A stretch of DNA of 63,454 nucleotides, counting the filler. It is 5 parts of 5 records of this genome, joined end to end, with 100 filler letters (N's around TTAATTAATTAA, not from the genome) between each part and the next. Parts side by side here need not be neighbours in the genome. Positions count along the whole stretch, not along the records: positions 34,707 to 51,328 come from SRR20825019_312; positions 51,429 to 57,895 come from SRR20825019_323; positions 57,996 to 63,454 come from SRR20825019_346; 2 more parts are not named here. The stretch is one strand, 5' to 3'. The translations under genes were made by a program, and so were the position numbers. The notes below the pieces were generated by a model. That model had not been told where the DNA came from, ran no database searches, and saw nothing but the letters and a program-made list of their open reading frames with translations. Below are positions 49,608-59,898 of the stretch, in pieces; the stretch's first letter is position 1, and the number at the start of each line of letters is the position of its first letter.

Positions 49608-51155
49608 TCAGAGCGCAATCTCTTCGTTATCTTTAGTTACAAATGCATACTGTAATAAGTTGTGTGACGACATTCCGCGCACAGGCACCCATTTTTTGTA
49701 TTTGAATAACCATTTCACTTGCTTCGAGATCAATCCTTTTTTGAAGTAAGCCTCCAAATATGGATGAACGAGCAGTGACATTCCTTTTTCTTTGCGTTCC
49801 CCAAGAAGGTAATGCAAATTACTTTCAATTTCTTCCGCATACAGAATCGACGCTGTTACCTCGCCTGTTCCATTACATGTAGGACACATTTCGGATGTAT
49901 TAATATCCGTTTCTGGTCGCACACGTTGACGCGTAATTTCAACGACACCAAATTTAGATGGAGGAATAATATTGTGCTTCGCACGGTCATTGCTCATAGC
50001 ATCTTTCAGCCTGTTGTACAAATCTTTATTATTCGCTCTGTCGTGCATATCAATAAAGTCGATACACACAATTCCACCCATATCTCTTAATTGAAGTACG
50101 CGAGCAATTTCCTCTGCTGCTTCAAGATTGGTTGCCATTGCATTACTTTCCTGACCATCAGCACCTTTTCTATTTCCACTATTCACGTCAATAACGTGCA
50201 TTGCTTCAGTGTGCTCAATAATTAGGTAACCTCCACTAGGTAAAGGAACTTTCTTTCCAAAAAGAGCCTTAATCTGACGGCTAATTCCAAATTTCTCGAA
50301 GATGGCAAGTTTGCCATCGTACTCTTTAATGATTTTCTCTCTTCCTGGTGCGATTCCAGTAACATACTCACGTAGGTTATCGGCCAATTCACCATCATTC
50401 ACATGAATGTTTGTAAAATCGGCATTGAGAAGATCACGAAGGATCGAAGTACTTTTATTGATTTCACCAAGAATTCTTGAAGGCGGTTTAGCTCCTATCA
50501 AATTCTCGTGCATTTTTTTCCATTTCTCCACCAAGTTTCTTAAATCTTGATCGAGCATTTCTACTTTCTTTCCTTCTGCGACAGTTCGAATGATTACTCC
50601 GAAGTTTTTCGGACGAATACCATTCATCAAATCTTTTAAGCGTTTTCTTTCGTCGTTGTCTTTAATTTTTTGAGAAATAGAGACTTTATTCGAGAAAGGA
50701 ACGAGTACCAGGTAACGACCTGCTAATGTAATTTCAGCACACAAGCGTGGACCTTTCGCTGAGATCGGTTCTTTTGCAACTTGCACTAAAATTGGGGCAG
50801 AGGAAGAAATTACTTCGCTGATTTTGCCATCTTTCGGGATATCCTTTTCAGGTTTGAAATAGAGCAAGTCAGCGACATTTTGCTTACTACGCAAAGTGTC
50901 TCGGCTAAACTTATTAAGTGAATTGAATTGCGGGCCTAAATCGAGATAATGCAAAAACGCATCTTTCTCATAGCCGACATCTACAAAAGCGGCATTTAAG
51001 CTAGGAACAACCTTTCTTACTTTCCCTAGGTAAATATCACCTACAGAAAACTCAGTGTTCCCCTGCTCTTCATGCAACTCAATAAGCTTTCCGTCTTTGA
51101 GCAATGCAAGCCAAACGCCATTTTTTCGGGCATCGACTATTAATTCTAAACTCAC
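49608..51155 (-). CDS. rng: Rne/Rng family ribonuclease
   Basis: GDIYLGKV, AAFVDVG, VQVAKEP, IEHTEAMHVIDVNSG, LRDMGGIVCIDFIDM, CPTCNGTG. Confidence 0.93.
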   Translation of the reverse strand: MSLELIVDARKNGVWLALLKDGKLIELHEEQGNTEFSVGDIYLGKVRKVVPSLNAAFVDVGYEKDAFLHYLDLGPQFNSLNKFSRDTLRSKQNVADLLYFKPEKDIPKDGKISEVISSSAPILVQVAKEPISAKGPRLCAEITLAGRYLVLVPFSNKVSISQKIKDNDERKRLKDLMNGIRPKNFGVIIRTVAEGKKVEMLDQDLRNLVEKWKKMHENLIGAKPPSRILGEINKSTSILRDLLNADFTNIHVNDGELADNLREYVTGIAPGREKIIKEYDGKLAIFEKFGISRQIKALFGKKVPLPSGGYLIIEHTEAMHVIDVNSGNRKGADGQESNAMATNLEAAEEIARVLQLRDMGGIVCIDFIDMHDRANNKDLYNRLKDAMSNDRAKHNIIPPSKFGVVEITRQRVRPETDINTSEMCPTCNGTGEVTASILYAEEIESNLHYLLGERKEKGMSLLVHPYLEAYFKKGLISKQVKWLFKYKKWVPVRGMSSHNLLQYAFVTKDNEEIAL

Positions 51156-51183
51156 GAAAGCTTAATTTAATGATTAATAAACA

Positions 51184-51216
51184 GAAAAACTTAGCGGTCT
51201 ACACCACTAAGTTTTC
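51184..51216 (-). terminator. Putative terminator hairpin downstream of the bS22-like gene
   Basis: AAAACTTAG...CTAAGTTTT inverted repeat; reads as stem + T-run on the minus strand. Confidence 0.55.
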
Positions 51217-51238
51217 AATACTCTTCTAGCGTGAAGAA

Positions 51239-51328
51239 CTATTTCTTCTTCTTATGACGGTTTTTTCTTAGTCTTTTTTTACGCTTGTGTGTAGACATCT
51301 TATGTCTTTTTCTTTTTTTACCGCTTGG
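51239..51328 (-). CDS. Small basic ribosomal protein bS22-like (AURKAIP1/COX24-type); start codon lost at contig edge; absent from ORF track
   Basis: Manual translation (M)PSGKKRKRHKMSTHKRKKRLRKNRHKKKK*. Confidence 0.85.
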   Translation of the reverse strand, partial: PSGKKRKRHKMSTHKRKKRLRKNRHKKKK

Positions 51329-51428
51329 NNNNNNNNNNNNNNNNNNNNNNNNNNNNNNNNNNNNNNNNNNNNTTAATTAATTAANNNNNNNNNNNNNNNN
51401 NNNNNNNNNNNNNNNNNNNNNNNNNNNN
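51329..51428. other. Artificial contig linker
   Basis: N-run + TTAATTAATTAA + N-run. Confidence 0.98.
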
Positions 51429-51858
51429 CTTCGACAATGTCGCGATATCTTTGGCGCGAATCAATCAGGGCTTCGCGTAAATTACGATCCATGCTGACGT
51501 CACGCGGCAAAATCATGACCTGATTACTACCGGTCGGAAGGGCGGTCAGTTCAAGTGTTGCTGTGCCGCGCTGAACTTCAAAAGTCATCATTTCAACCAC
51601 ACCACCGGGGGTGGTTAGTGTCCGGCGGATCAGTTGATAAATTTCAGGGAACAGACCATCGCGGATGCCTTTGGCAAACCCGACAGCGTTCTTATTGGCA
51701 AATAACGGAACCCCGTGGGCATCCATGACGATGACGGGGGCTTCTGCCTGCGCCATGACTTTGGGATCAAGGGTGAAAACGCTGGCATCATAGCTGATCA
51801 GATCATCGATTGCGTCAGCACTTAACGATGCGGTGTTGACAGGGTGACGGGAAGTCAT
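51429..51858 (-). CDS. PAS-domain signalling protein (3'-truncated)
   Basis: PVIVMDAHG..FAN, RDVS...SRQRYRDIVE linker typical of the start of a further PAS domain; ATGA overlap with the EAL gene. Confidence 0.7.
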
Positions 51859-53702
51859 GCGCGTCCTCCTGTTATGGCCGAGACATCAATATTTTCTTCC
51901 GACGAGATGTCGGTCGCTGTTGTGGCATTTGCTTTGTCATAGCCATCCTGGCTGCCAATCGTGACTGGCGGACCAAGATGGTAGCCTTGGCCATAATCAA
52001 TGCCCAGATCGCGCACCATTTCGTAGCTGGCCTGATCATGGATCATTTCGGCAATGGTGTGGATGCCAAGGTCATGACACAGAAGGGCGGTCGCCTTCAG
52101 GAAGGCGCGACCTTTGGGATTTGCAAGTGCCGTGCGCATCGCACCACCATCAAATTTGATAATGTCGACATCCAAAGCACTGAGATATTCAAAATTCGCG
52201 GCACCGGCACCAAAATCATCCAGACAGATTTCATGACCACGTTTGCGCAAAATCTGCAGTCCGTTATTCACATCGGTAAGTCCGCGGATACGCGACGTTT
52301 CGGTGACTTCAAACAAGACCCTATGTGGTGCAATATCGTATTGATCAAGAAGTTCCACCAATGCAGGCAGGAATCCGGTCTGTTCTAGTGAATGTCCTGA
52401 AAGGTTCACTGCGACCGGGAAGGGGATGTTGTCTGCGCCATCACGCAAGTGATCGAGAACCTTGCTGCACATCGCCAAGTCAAATTCAGTGATCAGTCCT
52501 GTGCCTTCGGCAAAGTGAATGATCTGATCGACAGCAAGCGGGCTGTTGCCGATGTTAAACCGGGCGAGGGCCTCGAAATGGTGCATTTCCTGGCTATGAA
52601 GATGGACAATCGGCTGAAGTGCGACGGCAAACGATCCGTTTTCAACGATTTCGCGGAATGCGCGTACGGATTTCAGCGTTTCATTAATCAAATGCGGCAG
52701 GCTGGCTGAAAGCCGGGCTGCGGTGACTTCGTTCTGCGCTTTGCGTTGCATACGGTTCAAGGCATATGCAACCGCACGCGTCAGATTGGTTTCACGATCG
52801 TTTTCACTGTTTTCAGCATCGAAATGATGAATGTTACGCGCGCTTTCATAGTCACTGCCAAACGGGTCAGATGCATCAGGTCGTTTCGTGTTTGGGTCAG
52901 ATGAAGACGCGCTATTGGTCAAGGCCATCAAGCCGTCGCGGACCGGTTCTTCAAGATCGGCACGCAATGCTGAGGCATATGCAACAATGCGCCGTTCAAG
53001 TTCAATCATCGGTTCGTCAACAGGGTGGATTTTCATCGTTTTATGCGATGAGGACGCGTTGATCGTCAATGACGGTGCGAATTGTTTCACGCCAATGCCG
53101 ATCAGGCGGGCGAGTTCATTCGTTGCAGCGGTCTCGGCCTGTGAACGCGACGCTGCCAGATTTTCAAGTACGACCAAGGCCTCGCTGTGATAGGAGGCGG
53201 CCGCCTTATCGGTCAAGGTTGCTGCATGGCGGGTTTCGGCGTTTTGGTTTTGTCGAATAACGGCGTTTTGCAGAATAATTCGGTCTATGCCGGAACGGGC
53301 ACGCGGGCGAATCGCACGGTGACGGGCGGCAATGTAATATCGGCTTGACGGGTCGGCGATCATATAACCGCTGAGTGACAAAGGAACGGATTCCTGTAGC
53401 GGGCTGCCATCAGCTTCGAAAACCTGAAAATCCAGATCAAGCTCTTCAAGCCGTTTCAGTCCGTTGCTGGTGTGCAGATACGCACGCATCAACGGGCGTT
53501 CCGACTTTATGACAATGTTTTCAAGTGCTTCACCAATCAAACGGTCCGGTGTGCAGCCCAACAGGCTTTCGGTTGCACCGGCGACAAACAGGATATAGCC
53601 GTTTTCATCGACTTCAAGCAGCATATCTGCCCAGCAGAACGCCATGGCCGCCAAAAGGTCCTGGTCGTTTGTTTCCGCAGAATACCCGGTGCTGTCTGTC
53701 AT
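51855..53702 (-). CDS. PAS-like + EAL domain c-di-GMP phosphodiesterase
   Basis: LQPIV, FEALAR, AVNLS, FEVTE, LDDFGAG, IKFDG, AEMI, QGY. Confidence 0.9.
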   Translation of the reverse strand: MTDSTGYSAETNDQDLLAAMAFCWADMLLEVDENGYILFVAGATESLLGCTPDRLIGEALENIVIKSERPLMRAYLHTSNGLKRLEELDLDFQVFEADGSPLQESVPLSLSGYMIADPSSRYYIAARHRAIRPRARSGIDRIILQNAVIRQNQNAETRHAATLTDKAAASYHSEALVVLENLAASRSQAETAATNELARLIGIGVKQFAPSLTINASSSHKTMKIHPVDEPMIELERRIVAYASALRADLEEPVRDGLMALTNSASSSDPNTKRPDASDPFGSDYESARNIHHFDAENSENDRETNLTRAVAYALNRMQRKAQNEVTAARLSASLPHLINETLKSVRAFREIVENGSFAVALQPIVHLHSQEMHHFEALARFNIGNSPLAVDQIIHFAEGTGLITEFDLAMCSKVLDHLRDGADNIPFPVAVNLSGHSLEQTGFLPALVELLDQYDIAPHRVLFEVTETSRIRGLTDVNNGLQILRKRGHEICLDDFGAGAANFEYLSALDVDIIKFDGGAMRTALANPKGRAFLKATALLCHDLGIHTIAEMIHDQASYEMVRDLGIDYGQGYHLGPPVTIGSQDGYDKANATTATDISSEENIDVSAITGGRA

Positions 53703-54177
53703 TTGTGAACCGTCATATAAAGCCGCCTGATCTTCGTGTGCTGCAGTGTTCGCAGTCTTTCGTAACTTGCGATCTTACTAAGGATATGAAGGATTTGCAC
53801 TTGATATGCCAAAAAAATCCGCCCCGTCTCTGATCGTAATTTATTGGGCTGGGAAAACCGGCGGTTTTGTGGGCCTGAATGGCGTGAGAAATCCTAGTGA
53901 CATCTGGTTGTCTATGCGCTTTTTACCGATGGATATCGTGATCATCAAATTTTAGATGGCACTGAACGTCGACGATTGAAAGATAGTCATCCATTAGAGG
54001 TGTTAAATATTAGGTGTTTATGTGTCTGGCTCAGTCTATCTTGTTAATCTCAAAAGAGGACGATAGAGGCGTGGCTTGAAGTTCGGCGATTGAGCATCAA
54101 TTTAAAAATGGGTTTTGGTGCAATGTTATTGGGTGCCACGGCTATTGAATTGTTTGTGATTTGTTGAAAACATTGAG

Positions 54178-55563
54178 GTGAATATGCTGAATCGAAACAT
54201 CAATCGCCGTCGCTTTATTAAGTCTTTTCTTATGGCAACAGGGGTGATTGCTGTTTCGTCCCGTATCGGGATTAAGAATGCACATGCGCTTGAAAATATC
54301 TCGGTAATTGTTGTTGGTGCCGGGATCGCCGGGTTGGGTGCTGCAAACATGTTGCGCCAACACGGGGCCAAGGTGACCGTGTTGGAAGCCAAGCCTCATA
54401 TCGGCGGGCGGTTGCTTACCGATTGGTCCATGGGCGCACCTTTTGAAGCGGGGGCGGGGTGGATCCACGGACCATCCTCAGACAACCCGACCAAGAAATT
54501 GGCCGATGCCGTTGGTGCAAAATACGTTGTCACTGATGATGAAAATGCCACGTATTTCGATCTGGAAGGATACGAATACGATGAAGACGAGGTCGAACGT
54601 ATTGTCGATGCTTGGGAAGGGGTCCTAGACCATATCGACAGTAATTATGAAGTGAATGATCAGCGCAGCTTGGTGCAGGCGATTAAAGATTACCGGCCCG
54701 CTTATCTAAGCGACCCAGCCATAATGTGGGTCTTTTCGGCTTATACCGAGTTTTCCAAAGGCGGTGCGATTGAAAAACTATCAGCACCGCTTTTCAATTG
54801 GGACTCTGCGTTTGATGGTGATGATGTTGTCGTTACCACGGGATATGACGAAATTCTCAAACCGCTTGCAGATGGAATTGATGTCAAGCTGTCGCACAAC
54901 GTGACGTCAATTAACTATCAAGTTGATGAACATGTTGTCGTTCAGACCGACAAGGGAACGTTCGAGGCGGATTACTGTATTTGCGCTGTTCCGTTGGGCG
55001 TTTTGAAAGCAAACAAGATCAAGTTTCAACCCGATCTTCCGGGCAGTTACAAAGCATCAATCGAAAAACTTGGCTTTGGGAGTGTTACCAAACTTGCCCT
55101 TAAATTCGACGAACCGTTCTGGGATATTGAAACCCAGTATTTCGGGATCACAACAGAACCGAAGGGGCGTTGGAATTATTGGCTAAATTACAGAACATTT
55201 TCCGATGAAAACATTTTGTTGGGGTTGAGTGTCGGCGACTATGCCCTTGAAGCGGACCGCATGTCAGATCAGGAAATGGTTGACGACGCGCTTATGGTTT
55301 TACGCAATGTTTGGGAAGATGAAGTTGGTGAACCAATAGAGGTTCTTGCAACCCATTGGGCAACAGATCCATTCACGCTTGGTGCATATAGTTTTCCCCG
55401 GCCTGGTACCACCAAGTCGGATTTCGATGATCTTGGAGAACCAATAGAAAATCGACTGATTCTTGCAGGGGAACATACGATTTTTGATTATGCGGGAACG
55501 ACACACGGGGCCTATATGACGGGGCTTCGTGCCGCAGAATTCATCATTGATGAAGAATCATAA
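54178..55563 (+). CDS. Flavin-containing amine oxidase with Tat signal peptide
   Basis: NRRRFIK twin-arginine leader ending AHA; GAGIAGL, LEA..IGGR, GAGWIHG, VPLGVLK, GAYS, AGEH, TTHGAYMTGLRAA. Confidence 0.9.
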   Translation: MNMLNRNINRRRFIKSFLMATGVIAVSSRIGIKNAHALENISVIVVGAGIAGLGAANMLRQHGAKVTVLEAKPHIGGRLLTDWSMGAPFEAGAGWIHGPSSDNPTKKLADAVGAKYVVTDDENATYFDLEGYEYDEDEVERIVDAWEGVLDHIDSNYEVNDQRSLVQAIKDYRPAYLSDPAIMWVFSAYTEFSKGGAIEKLSAPLFNWDSAFDGDDVVVTTGYDEILKPLADGIDVKLSHNVTSINYQVDEHVVVQTDKGTFEADYCICAVPLGVLKANKIKFQPDLPGSYKASIEKLGFGSVTKLALKFDEPFWDIETQYFGITTEPKGRWNYWLNYRTFSDENILLGLSVGDYALEADRMSDQEMVDDALMVLRNVWEDEVGEPIEVLATHWATDPFTLGAYSFPRPGTTKSDFDDLGEPIENRLILAGEHTIFDYAGTTHGAYMTGLRAAEFIIDEES

Positions 55564-55603
55564 GAAGACAACCGGTGTCGTTGCGAACCACTATTTCAGT
55601 GGG

Positions 55604-56323
55604 TCAAGCCGCGTCATGGTCGGCATTCTTGGTCGCCACAGTCTTTCGACCTGTGTGTTTTTTGGCATACATGGCGTCATCAGCGGCCCGGATCAGGTCG
55701 GAGATATCGCTTTTGGCCGAGTAAACGGTGTAGCCGAAGCTTGCCTTGATACCAAGGGCCTTGCCTTGCCAGATTAGCGGGAAGCGTGCGGTTGCATTTT
55801 GGAGTTGGTTGATGCGCTTTTCTGCTGCATCTGGGCTGCTGCCGCTCATGAGTATGGCGAATTCGTCGCCGCCAAAGCGTGCGACATAGTCATCAGACCG
55901 GGTATGGGTACGCAGGTTTTGACCAAAGTGGCGCAAAACGGCATCACCCGCAGCATGACCGTGTTGGTCATTTATTTCCTTGAAACCATCAAGGTCAGCA
56001 ATAACCATCAGGCCACGTTCCGCATTCCGGGCGGCCCGCGCAAGGGCTTCACGGGTGCGGCGCATGAAGCCACGGCGGTTATAAAGACCGGTCAATTCGT
56101 CGGTTTCGACCATCAATTCGAGTTGGCGAATTCGATTTTGTTGCTGGTCAAGGCGCGTCTGCATGCCACGGGCCAGATCGACCAGCGTTGACAATGCGTT
56201 GCTTTGTTCGGATTCCTCCGTCGCGCGATTGTTAATCGCTGTTTGCTGCTGAAAATCAGCGGCGAGTTCTATGAGCAATTCTATCTGCGACTTTTCCATG
56301 AGCTGTCTTGTAACCAATGACAT
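55604..56323 (-). CDS. Diguanylate cyclase (coiled coil + GGDEF)
   Basis: TDELTGLYNRR, DLDGFKEIND, GHAAGD, RSDD I-site, RFGGDEF, ADDAMY. Confidence 0.93.
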   Translation of the reverse strand: MSLVTRQLMEKSQIELLIELAADFQQQTAINNRATEESEQSNALSTLVDLARGMQTRLDQQQNRIRQLELMVETDELTGLYNRRGFMRRTREALARAARNAERGLMVIADLDGFKEINDQHGHAAGDAVLRHFGQNLRTHTRSDDYVARFGGDEFAILMSGSSPDAAEKRINQLQNATARFPLIWQGKALGIKASFGYTVYSAKSDISDLIRAADDAMYAKKHTGRKTVATKNADHDAA

Positions 56324-56445
56324 GATATGGTGAAACCCTTAAAAGGATAGCTAACCTTTTAGCGTTAATGGCTTACAAGAACCTTAACGTAGCAGGAATG
56401 AATTTGTGTTGAATGAGAATCGTTCACGCATAGGAGAACACCTAA

Positions 56446-56754
56446 ATGAAAAACGGTTATATGGTTGGACTAGCGAAGAAAATTGCGGTTTTCACAGTGG
56501 CGGTTACGCTGTCAGCGTGTTCGTTTCTGCAGAAGGAAAATTTTACCGTTGGCGGTGAGATAACCGATCACGGGCAGGAATGTGTAACGTTCCGTGCCGA
56601 AGATGGAACGCTTTATGCGCTGGCCAATAAGGCAAGCCGTCTTCGTCCGGGTGATAAAGTGCGTGTGACGGGACATCTGGCGCTGATGACAACCTGCACC
56701 GAAGCAACGACTTTAATTGTTGATAAGATCGTGTTGCTTGCCCCGGGTGGTTAA
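56446..56754 (+). CDS. Small lipoprotein, uncharacterised
   Basis: AGGAG RBS, lipobox LSAC, ECVTFRAEDGTLYAL..GDKVRVTG..TTC. Confidence 0.75.
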   Translation: MKNGYMVGLAKKIAVFTVAVTLSACSFLQKENFTVGGEITDHGQECVTFRAEDGTLYALANKASRLRPGDKVRVTGHLALMTTCTEATTLIVDKIVLLAPGG

Positions 56755-56797
56755 GGCCATCCCACGGTTATATCGGGTCATTTGAAACTTTGAGAAT

Positions 56798-57589
56798 TCA
56801 GCGCAAGATTGCAAAACAATCGGTGCCGTCAGCTTTAAGCTGGCGGCATTTTTGTTCTGCCTGATCCGGGGTGATAAAGCCAACCAGTTGAAGGCGATGA
56901 TAAACGCCTTTGGTGCCCAAATCGGCACTTACGATTGTCTTTTGATGGGTTTGCGCAAGTTCGGGATAGCGAATGCGAAAGCTCGCCCAATAGGTTTCTG
57001 CGGAAATGGTGTCACTAAATGCACCAAGCTGGATCAGATAGGCGTTGCTGTTGGCACTCACTGCGGCATTTTCTGATCGTGACGCAGTATTCACCGAATG
57101 TGACGGATCAGTTTTGGTCGCGATCAATTCTGAAGAATTCGGAGCCGTTCCAACGCTAGGGCGCGTTTGATCAGGCGCCTTTCCCCCTGTGCTTTGGGCA
57201 TTTTGAACGCTTGCCGGGCGTTGTTGTCGCCGTACTGGCGCATTGCCTGTCAAAGTTTGATGATATTGGGTGGCAAGAGATGGAATTTCCAAATCTTCTT
57301 CGAGTGTAATATTGACGGGAATCGTGCCGGGCAGGAGGCTGACGGGTTGATCTGGCGATGAGATTGTTGATGCATGTGCAGGGAGATCTGTTGGAACAAT
57401 ATCTATCCCGGTTGGGATGGTGTCGGTGCTTGATGTTTGAGCATAGGCATTTGTAGGCGCAGGAATGCCCACAATAACCAGCGTCCCAAAAGCAGCAATC
57501 AGGTATAAACCACCCCATTTTTTTGATACGCAAACCGCTTGCGACGAAGCTGCCGCAAGTTGTTGGCGATCATGGGGTGGTGTATCCAT
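56798..57589 (-). CDS. SPOR-domain protein
   Basis: TM helix, low-complexity linker, C-terminal YLIQLGAF...GVYHRLQ...AEQKCRQLK..DCF. Confidence 0.85.
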   Translation of the reverse strand: MDTPPHDRQQLAAASSQAVCVSKKWGGLYLIAAFGTLVIVGIPAPTNAYAQTSSTDTIPTGIDIVPTDLPAHASTISSPDQPVSLLPGTIPVNITLEEDLEIPSLATQYHQTLTGNAPVRRQQRPASVQNAQSTGGKAPDQTRPSVGTAPNSSELIATKTDPSHSVNTASRSENAAVSANSNAYLIQLGAFSDTISAETYWASFRIRYPELAQTHQKTIVSADLGTKGVYHRLQLVGFITPDQAEQKCRQLKADGTDCFAILR

Positions 57590-57591
57590 TC

Positions 57592-57894
57592 TTACATCTC
57601 CGCGCGCGGTTGATAGGCATGTCGTTCACGCAATATCTGGTCATTGCTGCGCAAACGTTCCATGGCTTTGCCATAAACGCTGCTGGCCGGGTATTGACCG
57701 TCATGGCGGTCACCAGATGGCATGCCGCTTAGCAGTTCAATGGCATCATTGATGTGTTCAACCGTCCAGATATTGAACTTACCCTGACGAATGGCCTGAA
57801 CAACCTCTTCACGAAGGACAACGTTCTCAGCATTGGCAAGCGGGATGATGACCCCCTGATCACCCGTGAATCCCTGATCCGCACAGATGCGATA
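57592..57894 (-). CDS. Lon-type (peptidase S16) ATP-dependent protease, C-terminal fragment; absent from ORF track
   Basis: Manual translation YRICADQGFTGDQGVIIPLANAENVVLREEVVQAIRQGKFNIWTVEHINDAIELLSG...EM*. Confidence 0.85.
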   Translation of the reverse strand, partial: YRICADQGFTGDQGVIIPLANAENVVLREEVVQAIRQGKFNIWTVEHINDAIELLSGMPSGDRHDGQYPASSVYGKAMERLRSNDQILRERHAYQPRAEM

Positions 57895-57895
57895 G

Positions 57896-57995
57896 NNNNN
57901 NNNNNNNNNNNNNNNNNNNNNNNNNNNNNNNNNNNNNNNTTAATTAATTAANNNNNNNNNNNNNNNNNNNNNNNNNNNNNNNNNNNNNNNNNNNN
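57896..57995. other. Artificial contig linker
   Basis: N-run + TTAATTAATTAA + N-run. Confidence 0.98.
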
Positions 57996-59642
57996 GCCCA
58001 TGGCGGGCAGCAGCAGCGAGGCGGTCGAAAGCGTCGTCCAGAGCCGCCCGCCGAAGATCGGCACCATGAAGCTGTAGAAGATGCGGAGCGTTGCGCCCGA
58101 CAGTCCCGGCAGGGCCGCCAGCCAGAACAACTGGCCCGGGGTGAAGTCGAACCCGATGGCGGGCAAACGTGCCACGACCACCGACCACACCATCCAGACC
58201 GAGAAGGCCAGCAGAAGCGCGGGGATCGAGATCCACAGGTTGCGGCGGGCAACGGCACGGCCCTTTTCGGCCCAGAATTGTTGGTCCTCCGGCCGCCAAT
58301 CCTCCAGCACGCGCGGCATGGCGGTGCGTTCGGGGTGGTGAATGTCCTGCATCTCGGGCAGTTGCGGCAACTGGTCGAGCACTTCACCATGCGCAGCGCG
58401 CTCCATCGCGCGGATCGACAGGTGCATCCAGGTCAGAGCGATAGCGACCAGCCCGAAGAGCAGCGCAAAGCATGACGTGTAGATGCCCGTGAGATCGAGG
58501 AGAGCGCCGAAGGCGATCGGCAGGACAAAACCGCCAAGGCCCCCGATCATGCCGACAAGACCGCCGACGGCGCCCACATGTTTGGGGTAGTAGACCGGGA
58601 TGTGCTTGAAGACTGCCGCCTTGCCGAGGCTCATGAAGAAGCCCAGAGCGAAGAGCGTGACGATGAAGGGCCAAAGACCCATTTGTGTCGAGAAGGCGAT
58701 GGCACCGTCCTTGCCCTGGATGACGTAATCCGTGGGCGGGTAGCTCAGCATGAACAGGAACAGCAGGGAGAAGCCGAAGGTCCAGTACATGACCCTCCGC
58801 GCGCCGAACTTGTCCGACAGCACGCCGCCATAGGCGCGGAACAACGAGGCCGAGAGGCTGAAGGACGCCGCCGCCATGCCAGCGAAGCGCACATCGATGC
58901 CGTAGACGTCGATCAGGTAGTGCGGCATCCACAGCGCCAGCGCGACGAAGGCACCGAACACGAAGAAATAGTAGAGCGAAAAGCGCCAGACCTGGAGGTT
59001 CTTCAATGGCGCGAATTGCTGCGCCAGTGTCGGTGCCTTGGTGCCGGTCTTGCGGCGCTCGACCAGCTCAGGGTCGTCCTTGGCGAGCAGGAAGAACAGC
59101 ACGCCGATGATGGCGAGCCCCGCAGCCCAGACATAGGCCACGCCATGCCAGCCATAGGCGACCATGACGAAGGGAGCGACAAACTTGGTGACCGCGGCGC
59201 CGACGTTGCCCGCACCGAAGATACCCAGCGCGGTCCCTTGGTGGCCGGCGTCATACCAGCGGCTGACATAGGCGACGCCGATAATGAACGATCCGCCCGC
59301 GAGGCCGATGCCAAGGGCCGCGATCAGATACATGATGTAGCTGTCTGCGAGCGTTAGCGCCCATGTGGCCAGCGCCGTCAGGATCATCTGGCTCGAGAAC
59401 ACCAGCCGCCCGCCGTATTTTTCGGTCCAGACGCCGAGAAACAGGCGGGTGACCGATCCGGTCAGGATCGGGGTGGCGACCAGCAGGCCGAACTGTGTGT
59501 CATTCAGGCCAAGCTCGGCCTTGATGGCGACACCGATGATGGAAAAGATCGTCCAGACCGCGAAACAGGCGGTGAAGGCGATCGTGCTCAGGCTCAGGGC
59601 GCGTGTCTGATCGGCGCGTGAGGCTGTGGCTACGGTCTGCAT
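57996..59642 (-). CDS. narK: Fused NarK1-NarK2 nitrate/nitrite MFS transporter (3'-truncated)
   Basis: First MFS domain (GTALGIFGAGNVG, FFVFGAFVA, GMIGGLGGF), then a second domain beginning WRPEDQQFW..ARRNLWISIP. Confidence 0.93.
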
Positions 59643-59722
59643 GGCGGGTCTCCGGCAAGAATTGCGGTTCACCCCTGTGAGGGGATCGCTGCCAGACCTG
59701 ACGCGACGGCGACGCTCGTGAC

Positions 59723-59736
59723 TTGATCTAGATCAC
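59723..59736. promoter_or_regulatory. FNR-family box upstream of narK
   Basis: TTGAT-CTAG-ATCAC, one mismatch to TTGAT-N4-ATCAA. Confidence 0.7.
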
Positions 59737-59836
59737 AAAATCTGGAAAAGGATAACGAAATAAATGGCTTACAGAAATATGTCATCCGGTGTTCGGTCGC
59801 AGATCAAGGCTGCGGTCGCGAAGGTCAACCGACCGG

Positions 59837-59850
59837 TTGACATATATCAA
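59837..59850. promoter_or_regulatory. FNR-family box upstream of the narR-like gene
   Basis: TTGAC-ATAT-ATCAA, one mismatch to consensus. Confidence 0.75.
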
Positions 59851-59898
59851 TTGATTTGGTGACAATTGTTAAGCGCGCGATGTGGGAGGGAGAACGAC

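Noticed and set aside
53703..54177. 475-bp intergenic region as a c-di-GMP riboswitch or sRNA
   Set aside because: I could not find the conserved riboswitch motifs; only short hairpins are present. An Rfam scan would settle it.
57996..59642. NarK double-MFS fusion as a novelty
   Set aside because: NarK1-NarK2 fusions are already known from Paracoccus-type nar clusters.
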